DNA of 64,000 bases from Macrostomum lignano (taxonomy: Eukaryota), in NCBI GenBank assembly GCA_002269645.1, contig NIVC01000963.1, positions 62,001 to 126,000 on the forward strand, in the 5' to 3' direction. The position numbers were made by a program, and so were the translations under genes. Under the pieces are notes generated by a model. The model saw only the letters and a program-made list of their open reading frames with translations. It was not told the DNA's origin and ran no database searches. Below are positions 12,620 to 24,475 of the stretch, one piece after another; position 1 is the stretch's first letter, and every line of letters begins with the position of its first letter.

Positions 12620-13900
12620 CCCTAACCTTGGATTTCCTCCCTCTACCCTAGCTTCTCTCCCCCCTGACCCTGGCTTCCCTCCCTCCTAACCCCTGGCTTC
12701 AATCCTAACCCCTAGCTTCCCTTCTTTGACCCCTGACTTCCTTCCCCTAATCTTGGCTTCTCCCCCTGACCCCTGGCTTCCCTTCTTTCTAACCCCTGGC
12801 TGCACGCTTAACCCCTGGCTTCCCTCCTCTGACCCTGGCTTCTCTCCCCCTTGACCCCTGGCTTCCCTCCCTTGACTCTGGCTTCCCTCCCCTGACTCTG
12901 GCTTCCCTCCCCTGACCTTGGCTTCTCCTTCCTGGCCCCTGGCTTCCCTCTCCCGTGACCCCTGGCTTCCCTCCTTCCTAACCCCTGGCTTTACTCCTAA
13001 CCCCTGGCTTCCCTCCCCTGACCCTGGCTTCTCTCCCGACCCCTGGCTTCCCTCCCCTGACCCTGGCTTCCCTCCCCTGACCCTGGCTTCCCTCCCCTGA
13101 CCCTGGCTTCCCTCCCGACCCCTGGCTTCCCTCCCCTGACCCTGGCTTCCCTCCCCTGACCCTGGCTTTTCCCTCCTGACCCCTGGCTTCCCTCCCCTGA
13201 CCCTGGCTTCTCTCCTGACCCCTGGCTTCCCTCCCCTGACCCTGGCTTCCCTCCTTCCTAACCCCTGGCTTTACTCCTAACCGCTGGCTTCCCTCCCCTG
13301 ACCCTGGCTTCCCTCCCCTGACCCTGGCTTCCCTCCCCTGACCCTGGCTTCCCTCCCCTGACCCTGGCTTCCCTCCCCTGACCCTGGCTTCCCTCCCCTG
13401 ACCCTGGCTTCCCTCCCCTGACCCTGGCTTCCCTCCCCCGACCCCTGGTTTCCCTCCTTCCTAACCCCTGGCTTTACTCCTAACCGCTGGCTTCTCCCCC
13501 GACTTCTGGCTTCCCTCCCCTGACCCTGGCGTGGCTTCTCCCTCTTGACCACTGGCTTCCCTCCCCTGACCCTGGCTTCCCTCCCCTGACCCTGGCTTCC
13601 CTCCCCCGACCCCTGGCTTCCCTCCCCCGACCCCTGGCTTCCCTCCCCTGACCCTGGCTTCTCTCCCCCTGGCCCTGGCCTTTCTCCTTACTAACCCCTG
13701 GCTTCCCTCCTTCCTAACCCCTCCCAGGCTAACCCTCCTACTCTACCCCTCCCAGCTACGCTCTCTAGGCTACCCCTCCCAGGCTACCCCTGCCATTGTA
13801 CCCCTCCTAGGCATCCCTCCCAGACAGCCCCTCAGGCTCCCCTCCTACTTTACCCCTCAGGCTCCCCTCTTACTTTACCCCTCCCAGGCAGCCCTTCCAG
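12620..13900. repeat. C-rich 19-20-bp minisatellite (cctggcttccctcccctgac), left arm
   Basis: Tandem variants of the unit, seen directly. Confidence 0.95.
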
Positions 13901-14230
13901 GCTACTCCTCCCAGGCTACCCCTTCCATGGCAACCACTTCCAGGCTATCTCCCACTGTACCCCTGTGTACTGTCTCTATTTATGTTCGAAACTGAGAAGA
14001 TTGTTTCGTTTCGGTATTATTTAAAAAGATAATGCATCATTTTTTACTTCAGACGCTTCACTCTCATCATTTCAGGTGCGTACATGCGAGTCAGCTAACG
14101 CTGACGCCGCACTTTGTATTCGGCTTTCCAACGGGGAACTGTGCGTTTATGAAAGCCATTTGGGATTTGGGATGCCAGAAAAGATATTCTATTTTGCAAG
14201 GATCCGATAAAAGCTGCCGCTTCGGCTGCA

Positions 14231-14369
14231 CTGCAGTGACCGCCGGCTCAAGCGGAGACGATCGCAGGACTGTTTGCTGCCTGCCGCTTGCTGCAGTGAC
14301 CGCCGGCTCAAGCGGAGACGATCGCAGGACTGTTTGCTGCCTGCCGCTTGCTGCAGTGACCGCCGGCTC
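14231..14369. repeat. 60-bp tandem repeat, ~2.3 copies (left arm)
   Basis: Reverse complement of the 60-bp unit at 19961-20655. Confidence 0.95.
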
Positions 14370-17300
14370 GCTGCTTCGCGTGCTGTCATCTACGAGTGTT
14401 GCGAGTGCTAAGGGCGAACGAAGGACTAATTAAGGAGCATATTATCCGATTTCCTTCAGAGGAGATCTTTGGCATTTATTTATCTTCGCGTAGAATTAGC
14501 AGTGAGTAAAAAAATATGTGTATTTTATGCTGCCGCTTATACACTCTACAATATCATCAGCAGAATACGAAAAATGAGGTCGTTTAAAACAAAATAGTAC
14601 GTAGATTTTCTGCACGTTACGCGTATTTAGCTTCTTCCTAGTGAAATCAGTGAATTGTTTTGGTCGCGTACATAACCTATTCAGCTTCTCCGCTCATAGT
14701 CACTCCAGCATCAAGTGCTAACAATGCAAATTAGCTATGAACTGTATTGGAATACTTTGCATCATGCATTTGCATTTTAAATAAAAGGACTTTTTCTCTC
14801 GTTCATTGGCAGGTGTCGATATGAGACTAAGCAATGTGCATTATGCTGCTGCCGATGCACAGGACGCAGAGTGCAATCAGGATCCTCGTGAGGTGAAAGA
14901 AGACGACAGTGACGACTTCGACATGTATGACTATTCAGCCACATTGCACAGAAATTAGCTGTTAGCCGTATAAATATGTTTAGTCACACTTCTCTGTGCC
15001 CGTGGCGTATACAACATTTAATCCATGACCTCTGCAATATTGCACTACCATCAAATGCTGACGCTCTCTCTCCCACTCTGTAATGCTGTGATCAGTTTTG
15101 TCCTCCCTGTCGAGTTTTGCTAACCAAACTTTGAGAGAACTAAGCAGCGCGTTTTTCGACAAGCGTTGGCTGTTTATATTTTTTCATTGTCTTTTGTCAA
15201 TGTACAGTTTTACGAGTGTATACTTGACTGTATATTATGAAGATGTGCCTCTAAAATAAAACAGACTTAATTGCTTTTACCTATGCTTTTTACGATAATT
15301 CACTCTGTCCTGTCCTGAAACATTCCTGTTTTATCGAATTCTCTTTTGATGATGACACAAATATGGTCACATGACGGTCACAAAGAATAGTGGGAGGTAG
15401 AGCCATAGGGCGAGATGTATAAAGTATATGAATTTACATTACAGTAGTCTCAATGGTTTGCCTGCCCCTCTTGGCCTCCCTTTCTCCTTCTCGCCCTCTG
15501 TCGCTGCAGCACCTGTTGGTTAAAAATGAGAGGAAAGCTCGGCGAGAAAAGCCTCTGTGTAAAAGTCTCGTGCTCCCATAGCGTGACATCCTGTCACTTT
15601 TTAAATAGCCATGACTTTCCTGGTACATGGACACTTACATATGTAAGTTGTTTCCATCCGATTAAGACAAATGATCTATAATTAGTATAGGTGGATATTA
15701 GTAGAAATAAATTCAGTCAGTCTTATCATGTACGAGCAGTGGCGGATCTAGGATTTCTTTTTGGGAGGGGCGGTCCAAGTTTGGGAGGCCAACATGAGTA
15801 TGAGGGGCACCAGTTATGAGGGGGCGCTAACTGATGTACTGCTGAAAATAACGAACGGGAAACACGGGATGCATGTTATTAATTTCTTAAATACGTATTT
15901 GAATTGAGAAGCACAATATCGGGGAGAAGTTTCGCCTTCTCTGTGCTTGGCAAGTGCACATGCACTAGCTACATGTACATGTAGTTATTGCGCAGATTTG
16001 AGAGTTGTGTACAGTGTTAGAGGGTTACTTGACTTAGCTGCAGGGGTTCCGGGCATCCGGACGCAGCGAGGAGGCGTTGCCTCTTCAACTTCACGACTGC
16101 AACTTCAAGCTTCGCCACCAGATCACTCGCCATCCGCATGTTGTCAGCATGATGTCACCGATGAATTGAAGAGAATGTCAGTTTTGACGAGCTACATGTA
16201 AGTTTTATCCGTTGCTCGAATTTCTACCGAGGAAAAAGCCTCTATTTGTTGTTGAACGGGGTAGAAAGCCAGGGGCTTACCGCGGATCAGCCTTAAGGGG
16301 GCTCTACCGCAGGGATCTGACTGTGGGCCATACTACCAGGGGCATGTAGCCCGAGAGGCCACGATTGGGATTGGGACCAGAGCTCAGGACTCTGGTGAGA
16401 GCAGGAGCATTGGTGCTACTAACTCAAACCTACGGTACAAGGCACCGCCAACCCAAAAGTGGAATTAGGGACGGTGCTAAGACCGAGTCCTCGGGAGTGC
16501 GCAGAAAAAATTGAAAATACGAAAAATTAGCTTGGGTTACTACTGAAACCGGTCCAAGAGCGGGGAAACCCAGAAGTCTTGGAAGCCTTAACTATTGGAG
16601 CGAGTCTGGAAGGCTTGTATCCGAGGGCGAGACTCCAGGCAGGAAGCCCATCTACCGGCTACAAACCCAAGGGTATCGCCTATCCAGCTCAATATTGGGG
16701 GCCAGGCCAAGGGGTCGGGAAGGGGCACAAGGAGCAAGAGGACCCGGACTCAGCCGGTATCCCCGATTCGGGACGAACTCATTCCCCAGGACACGAATCT
16801 ACTATCAGGATGAGAGCCAGAGACACTTAGTCAGGGAGACAACCAGAGGAGCCAGCAGATGGACCAAGGACAGCGCAGGATGGACCGGGCAGGGAGGGCA
16901 GAGCTCATTACTCCGGAAAATTGGAGCGGCAGTCAAAGGCCTTACATTAAAAAAACCAATACAAGTAATGGGGATAAAAACAGGACGGAGGAGCACCTGA
17001 ACCTACTAGCAGTTGGGAGACCCTGCTTCCCGGGGCACAGCCTCAGGGCTGGCATCAACTAGGCTCTACCGTACACCTTCGTGAATGGTCATTCTTTCCT
17101 GCAGGGCGGGTACGAAGGACAGCCAGGGTAAAAACAGTCAGAGACCGTCTTTACGGTCTGAAAAGCTTCTATTCACTACGAGTACATTAGTGGCTATAGG
17201 TTCACACAAATAAAATTTGTCAGATCGGTCGAACCATTGAAACAAACTTTCCTGCTAATACTTCCATGAGCTCATACTTGCATGAGAATTCACTACTATA

Positions 17301-17447
17301 TGAGTTCTTTGCAGCTGCTTCTGTCATGCCCATTCTCTTGATTCTGGGCAGCGTTGTGCTAACAGTTCCGTTCTCGCGTTTGAGAAGATCCTTGAAAAAA
17401 ATTTCTATGTTCAACTGGAGTAGAGTGGATTGAGCTGGACTACAGTA

Positions 17448-18211
17448 CAGTATGGCTCGGAAATAAGTGTGCATTTTGGCATAACTCCAGTGTAGTGGAA
17501 TAAAGGAAACTCCAGCATTGGAGCCTTGCAATATGCAGACTCCAATACTTTATAGATTGACGGTCGATTTTAGCGTGCAGTCTGGTGCGACACTGCTCAG
17601 CGGCTTGCGTAGTTTTGATTAGTTGCAAGTTGCAGGACAGCCGGTTTACTTGCAGAATCTTTACTGGCAGCAGGTTGATAAGGTGTAAATTTGACAAGTG
17701 CACCTAGGCTGGGGGGATACAAATCTTTGGCATTTTGCAGAGTGGCTTTCGCGCCTATGCGCCCAACATTTTCTGATAGATTTCGGCCCCTGAGTCGATT
17801 GGCGCCGGTCCCAGAGCGCCAGAAGGTCATCCAATAGAGTTATTTGCACTTTTCCGGTGCCAAAATCGAAACTCCAGTACTGGCTGATATAACTCCAGCA
17901 TTGGAGCTGATAAAAATCCAGCATTGGAGCATAAGAAAACTCCAGCATTGGAACATAAGAAAACTCTAGCATTGAAACGAGTACTGGAGCTGATATAACT
18001 TCAGCATTGGAGCCTTGCAGACTCCAATACTTAGATCTAGATTGATGGTCGATTTTAGCGTGCAGTTTAGTGCGACAATGCGACAATCTTATGCTCCAAT
18101 GCTGGATTTATATCAGCCAGTATTGGAGTTTCGATTTTGGAGTTGGAGTTTCGATTGGAGTTTCCACTACTGGAGTTACGCCAAAATTTACTTCTTTCCG
18201 AGCCATACTTG
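17448..18211. mobile_element. Tc1/mariner-like MITE with internal actccagcattggag repeats
   Basis: TA|CAGTATGGCTCGGAAA at the left end and TTTCCGAGCCATACTTG|TA at the right. Imperfect TIRs of ~50 bp. Internal inverted copies at ~17860-17907 and ~18090-18140. Confidence 0.65.
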
Positions 18212-19960
18212 TACCCCAAAATGATGGATTTGGCGCATAGAATTTTACTGGATAATAGGTAGAGTAATTTTGCACCAGCTATATACTTTACCACTTGTCA
18301 AAATATTGAGCAGTTGCTGAGATATCGATGCTTCAATTTCGGTGAATTTCCAGTGCTCTTTAAATCAGCGTAAAATACGTTTTTTAGTCCAGTCCACGGG
18401 GCCGCTGGACTAGTCTACATGTAGCTCAATCCACTCCACGGCTGCGTGTGGATCCACTTGCGATCAGTAAAAGTGGCAAAAGTAGAGATAAATTTAAATG
18501 TTCAGCTTGCAAAGGTATTATTAACTACCTAATAGCAGCTTAGCTTGATGTCAAAAATTTATTTTTCACTCCGACAGTCAAGCAGTCCTTCTGGCCGTCT
18601 GCTGCAGCACCACCAACTCCAGATCTGTCCTGGACAGCAACGCCCGGCTCCACGGGCTTGCGCTGGGCAACCGGTGGAGCTCTAATGGATCCCGGTCCAC
18701 GATGTCATGGTTTCCATTCCGGCAAGGCTGGCTCCGCCAGCGGGCTTCTGGACCGGGCCCAGGGGCCCCCACCCCTGCGCCTCGGTGATCAACTACCGAG
18801 TCAAGCACTGGGCTGACTCTGAGCATCTCCGCAGGTGGCAGGATCAACACTCGAAATTGCAGGAAATCTCGTGCTGCTGTCCCCCTGCGTAGAGCCTTCC
18901 TTAGGCTCAACCTCAGGGATCTTAAGAGCATTTACATGTACATGGGCCCTCTCCGGGCATGCATGGCTGCTTCTCTCGCCACCGCTTCCTTCAGGACCAG
19001 GTACTTGAGGAGCGGTGCGCGGTGCCCCAAGCTCTTCTGCCGCTCAACAGGCAGTAAAAACGCAGAATAATTTATCTGCCACTACCCGGTCTTCACCACT
19101 CACTCACCCCGGGCCAAACCCTCCAACGCTAATTGCAGGCCCGAGAGCATATTGATGCTCACCCGGTACCTCAGCTGAGTTTTACCCACCGCCGGTGAGG
19201 AGGACCGTGCTGCAAGCGAGACCGACGACGGCCCCCCTGAGCGACATCACTTCGATGGAAGTCATTCATGGTCGCCACGCCAGAGGCTAGCGGAATGGGC
19301 GGTCTCCTCCGCCTCCTGATCGCTGCATCCGCCGGATAATGCCCTCTGCATCTAAGTCAAGCTTACTTGAGGTAGCAAATTAGCCAGACTATGTAGATAG
19401 TTTGCCATTAGCTAAGGATGTTTAACATTTTGAGCAGAATGAAAGACTTTTCAGGTCGCCGCGATCCGAAATTCAAACTCTGCGACTTGCAGTCTGGTCA
19501 ATTCTTTTGAGCAAGCGAAATTTCTCAAATAAGTGTAACACAAAATAGAAAAATACTTGGACAATTTCGGTCACTTCTGCGCGAAAATGCGTGGCGCAAC
19601 AGCCAAATTACCGGGTAACATCGATTGAGCAAAATGCATTTTTTTTGTTATTCGGACAAAAAAAATATTAAAGCTCCCAATAAACGCAAAGGTAATGTGC
19701 TGCTTGGATAGAATAACTTTATGCAGCTACGCAAAACCAACTGAAGTAATGCTCGCAACATAAAGCTACCCGCAGAAACTTCAGCTACACAGCAACTACA
19801 AACAGCTGGTACAGAACTGCGCATCACCAGGATGTGAGTCACACAAACACGCATCCCTTCAGAAAATCGTTCAGGTCATAACTATGGTTTATTAAATAAC
19901 CCTCACTTTGCCACTGTTCGTTAAGGTCGTCGCGGAACCGGATGATAGCACGCGGAGCAG

Positions 19961-20655
19961 CGATCGTCCTCCGCTTGAGCCGGCGGTCACTGCAGCAAGC
20001 GGCAGGCAGCAAACAGTCCTGCGATCGTCTCCGCTTGAGCCGGCGGTCACTGCAGCAAGCGGCAGGCAGCAAACAGTCCTGCGATCGTCTCCGCTTGAGC
20101 CGGCGGTCACTGCAGCAAGCGGCAGGCAGCAAACAGTCCTGCGATCGTCTCCGCTTGAGCCGGCGGTCACTGCAGCAAGCGGCAGGCAGCAAACAGTCCT
20201 GCGATCGTCTCCGCTTGAGCCGGCGGTCACTGCAGCAAGCGGCAGGCAGCAAACAGTCCTGCGATCGTCTCCGCTTGAGCCGGCGGTCACTGCAGCAAGC
20301 GGCAGGCAGCAAACAGTCCTGCGATCGTCTCCGCTTGAGCCGGCGGTCACTGCAGCAAGCGGCAGGCAGCAAACAGTCCTGCGATCGTCTCCGCTTGAGC
20401 CGGCGGTCACTGCAGCAAGCGGCAGGCAGCAAACAGTCCTGCGATCGTCTCCGCTTGAGCCGGCGGTCACTGCAGCAAGCGGCAGGCAGCAAACAGTCCT
20501 GCGATCGTCTCCGCTTGAGCCGGCGGTCACTGCAGCAAGCGGCAGGCAGCAAACAGTCCTGCGATCGTCTCCGCTTGAGCCGGCGGTCACTGCAGCAAGC
20601 GGCAGGCAGCAAACAGTCCTGCGATCGTCTCCGCTTGAGCCGGCGGTCACTGCAG
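19961..20655. repeat. Near-perfect 60-bp tandem array, ~11.6 copies
   Basis: Successive 60-nt lines 19981-20640 are identical. Confidence 0.98.
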
Positions 20656-20939
20656 TGCAGCCGAAGCGGCAGCTTTTATCGGATCCTTGCAAAATAGAAT
20701 ATCTTTTCTGGCATCCCAAATCCCAAATGGCTTTCATAAACGCACAGTTCCCCGTTGGAAAGCCGAATACAAAGTGCGGCGTCAGCGTTAGCTGACTCGC
20801 ATGTACGCACCTGAAATGATGAGAGTGAAGCGTCTGAAGTAAAAAATGATGCATTATCTTTTTAAATAATACCGAAACGAAACAATCTTCTCAGTTTCGA
20901 ACATAAATAGAGACAGTACACAGGGGTACAGTGGGAGAT

Positions 20940-22270
20940 AGCCTGGAAGTGGTTGCCATGGAAGGGGTAGCCTGGGAGGAGTAGCCTGGAAGGGCTGCCT
21001 GGGAGGGGTAAAGTAAGAGGGGAGCCTGAGGGGTAAAGTAGGAGGGGAGCCTGAGGGGCTGTCTGGGAGGGATGCCTAGGAGGGGTACAATGGCAGGGGT
21101 AGCCTGGGAGGGGTAGCCTAGAGAGCGTAGCTGGGAGGGGTAGAGTAGGAGGGTTAGCCTGGGAGGGGTTAGGAAGGAGGGAAGCCAGGGGTTAGTAAGG
21201 AGAAAGGCCAGGGCCAGGGGGAGAGAAGCCAGGGTCAGGGGAGGGAAGCCAGGGGTCGGGGGAGGGAAGCCAGGGGTCGGGGAGGGAAGCCAGGGTCAGG
21301 GGAGGGAAGCCAGGGTCAGGGGAGGTAAGCCAGGGTCAGGGGAGGTAAGCCAGCGGTTAGGAGTAAAGCCAGGGGTTAGGAAGGAGGGACGCCAGGGGTC
21401 AAGGGAGAGGGAAGCCAGGGGTCAGGAGGGAGTAGCCAGGGGTCAGGAGGGAGAAGCCAGGGTTAGGGGAGGGAAGCCAGGTGTCAAGGGGGAGGGAAGC
21501 CAGGGGTCGGGAGAGAAGCCAGGGTCAGGGGAGGGAAGCCAGGGTCAGGGGAGGGAAGCCAGGGGTCAGGGGAGGGAAGCCAGGGTCAGGGGAGGGAAGC
21601 CAGGGGTCAAGAGGGAGAAGCCAGGGGTCAGGAGAGAGAAGCCAGGGGTCAGGGGAGGGAAGCCAGGGGTCGGGGGAGGGAAGCCAGGGGTCGGGGGAGG
21701 GAAGCCAGGGTCAGGGGAGGGAAGCCAGGGTCAGGGGAGGGAAGCCAGGGTCAGGGGAGGTAAGCCAGCGGTTAGGAGTAAAGCCAGGGGTTAGGAAGGA
21801 GGGACGCCAGGGGTCAGGAGGGAGAAGCCAGGGGTCAGGAGGGAGAAGCCAGGGTTAGGGGAGGGAAGCCAGGGGTCAGGAGGGAGAAGCCAGGGTTAGG
21901 GGAGGGAAGCCAGGGGTCGGGAGAGAAGCCAGGAATCAGGGGGAGAGAAGCCAGAGATCAAGTGGAGAGAAGCCAGAGATCAGGGGGGAGAGAAGCCAGA
22001 GATCAGGGAGGGAGAAGCCAGGGATCAGGGGGAGAGAAGCCAGAGATCAGGGGGAGAGAAGCCAGAGATCAGGGGGGGAGAGAAGCCAGAGACCAGGGGG
22101 AGTAAAGCCAGGGATCAGGGAGGAGAGAAGCCAGAGATCAGGGGGAGAGAAGCCAGGGATTAGGAGTTAAGCCAAGGGTCAGGGGAGGGAAACTGGGGAT
22201 CAGGAGTGAGAGAAACCAGGGTCAAAGGGAAGGAATTCAAGGGTCAAGGAAGAAGCCAGGGTCAAGGGAC
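20940..22270. repeat. G-rich 19-20-bp minisatellite (agggtcaggggagggaagcc), right arm
   Basis: Tandem variants, complementary to 12620-13900. Confidence 0.95.
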
Positions 22271-23949
22271 GAAAGCTAGTGCTAGGGGAAAGGAGAACTA
22301 AGGAGGTACAATAAGTCAAGGATCAGATATTTTTAATAAAAATATTGTAGGCTTAATTTTTTATTAGACTAGACTAATTTTTTATTAGTCTAGGTCTAAT
22401 GGTAGGCCTAGATACATGTAGTAGATAGATAGAAAAACAAAAAATTTAAGCCTCTGATCTAGTTAGCTAAATCTATTAAGTCAATAAGCTAGGCCTAGTG
22501 CTTATGTTTAATAGGCTTTTACATACATATGGCTGTAGCTAAATAATAGAATTGAATTGAATTGAAGCCTTTTCAATAACTGAATAAAAGCAGCTTATAA
22601 GTTGCCTCTTATAATATTAGACCCACATTTATGTTTCAAAAGGCATTTATATAAATATTAACATGGCTAAAAATCAAATTTAAGAGACAAAGAGCTTGTC
22701 TAAGTTCTATATAGTAGGTCTCAAATCATGCAATAATACCAGGCCCAGGGTCAGGCTTATATTAACTGTATTAATAATTAACTGACAGGCTTTAAACTAT
22801 AGAACAAAATACTAAAGCAAGCACAAAATAATACACAAGAAGTTTAATAAAAGCTCCTTTCATTTATCATGTACACGGAGCCTTCACTTGTTCAGTCTAG
22901 TGCATTGGCCAGCACAGCAATGCACAGTAGGCCCAGCACAACAAATTATAGGCCTATGCCTTGGAAGCTTTTGTTGAACGTTGAACACAGGAACCCTTCT
23001 TCCTGTAAATTTTGTTTTCAAATTACATGCAAGCGAATTAGCATTAACAACATCAATTTTTCTACTGCAAATCGTTAATAAAAAAATAACACCTGTGAAA
23101 GCTTTCAATTAATTGATACACTCCCATTTGATGGGAGTTGTTGGGCTGACGCGTTAGTCAACGTAAAGTTTGAAAAGAAGTAAAAAGTTAATTATGCACG
23201 CGTTCGGTTTTTCTTGAAATTCAAAGTACAACTGAAGATTAAGATGTTGTCAATAAAATACAACAGTAGTGCCAACACATCAGTACTCATTACAACATAA
23301 CACAAGTTTTGCTTTGTGCTATATTTTTTGTTATAAATTTGCTGCAACCCCAATATGCGCAATTCTTATTGGTTCACACTGGGAGCATGCTTCGGGTATA
23401 GCTAGCTACGGAGCACAGGAGCATGCTCCAGCCCCTAGCGGACTAGTCAAGTTAGAGCATGCTTCGTCCTAGCTAGCTAGGCACCCTTAACTGAAAGCTG
23501 AACAAAGAAAAAACAGTCTTAGCGTTCTCGAGGTTTCAGTCTGTGAACCGATATTGCCAGTTTACAGTCGCACAAGCTACAAGCTAGAAAGTTTTTTCGG
23601 CAGATGCATGCGAGGTGGAGTCGAGAAATCATAGCAGCTGATTGACTGATTCCACTACAGCTGGGTTGCATCTATTACTAATACTTTATTGAAATAAAGT
23701 TAAAGTTGAAATAAAGTTAAGAAGAAAAGAAATATACTTTATATTTCTATAAAGTATAGGTCACTGATACTCGTAGCAACGAGTAGGAATTTAGTTGAAT
23801 GCAAAAAGTTCAATTAAAGGCAAAGAATATTTACCTCTAGTCCAGGCCCAGGGGTTGGAAAACCCTAAAGGCTAAAACCCTAAACCCTAAAGGCCAGGTA
23901 GAGAAGAATTCAGCTCATGGCGTCAGGCCAGATGAGGGTAGAAAGGATA

Positions 23950-24280
23950 AGGAATAGAAAATTAAAGATGAGAGAAGAGAGGCGATGAGGGAGATGGGAT
24001 GAGAGAAGAGATAAGAGAAAATATATGAGACAGGAGAAAGAAGAGAGAGGGGAGAGGCAAGAGAAGAGGAGAGGGAAAAAGGGGAGAGAAGAGGAGAGGG
24101 GAAAATGGAGAGAAGAGGAGAGAGAGAAAAGAGGAGAGAGGGGAAGGGGAGAGAAGAGGAGAGAAGAGAAAAGTGAGAGAGGAGAGAGGAGAAAAGGGAG
24201 AGAGGGGAAGGAGAGAGAAGAGGAGAAAGGAGAGAAGGGAGAGAAGAGAAGAGGAAGAAGAAAGAGCTGAGAAGAGACAA
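23950..24280. repeat. GA-rich low-complexity tract
   Basis: Composition is almost entirely purine. Confidence 0.9.
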
Positions 24281-24429
24281 AACTTGAGCGGGCCGGATTG
24301 CTATTGTGATTGTGAAGTTTCAAAAAACCCGAGGGCCGGTTAGAGAGGTCGCGTCCGGAGTTTACTGACCCCTGCTTGTTAATGGCAAAAATGGTGACTC
24401 AGAATTTTTGTTCCTGGGTTCGTTAAAAG

Positions 24430-24475
24430 CAGGGACTTCTCTATATAGCATCTATGCTATATAGAGAAGTCCCTG
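24430..24475. mobile_element. 46-bp hairpin hAT-type mini-MITE
   Basis: Perfect 22-bp inverted repeat cagggacttctctatatagcat-CT-atgctatatagagaagtccctg, flanked by the exact 8-bp TSD gttaaaag (24422-24429 and 24476-24483). Confidence 0.85.

Larger units (their letters stand above)
11575..14390 (+). repeat. Left arm of a large inverted repeat
   Basis: Reverse complement of ~19941-23485. Identical ORF text MHHFLLQTLHSHHF... appears at 14032(+) and 20854(-). Confidence 0.9.
19941..23485 (-). repeat. Right arm of the large inverted repeat
   Basis: Reverse complement of 11575-14390. The inner part looks identical; the outer ~1.2 kb is clearly diverged. Confidence 0.9.

Noticed and set aside
14032-14433. 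Duplicated ORF MHHFLLQTLH... (also 19892-20854) as a gene
   Set aside because: Its length depends on the 60-bp repeat, it has no recognisable domain, and several frames are equally open.
15737-15830. Complete hAT MITE starting cagtggcggatctagg (related sequence inverted at ~29120-29170)
   Set aside because: No matching right TIR or TSD was found, so it is only a fragment of a dispersed family.
19961-20655. CRISPR array interpretation of the 60-bp repeats (also the 87-bp repeats at 37732-38246)
   Set aside because: Units are head-to-tail with no unique spacers, there are no cas genes, and the context is eukaryotic.
23865-23892. Telomere (aaaccct repeats)
   Set aside because: Only 2-3 degenerate units, internal, and more likely part of a small repeat end.
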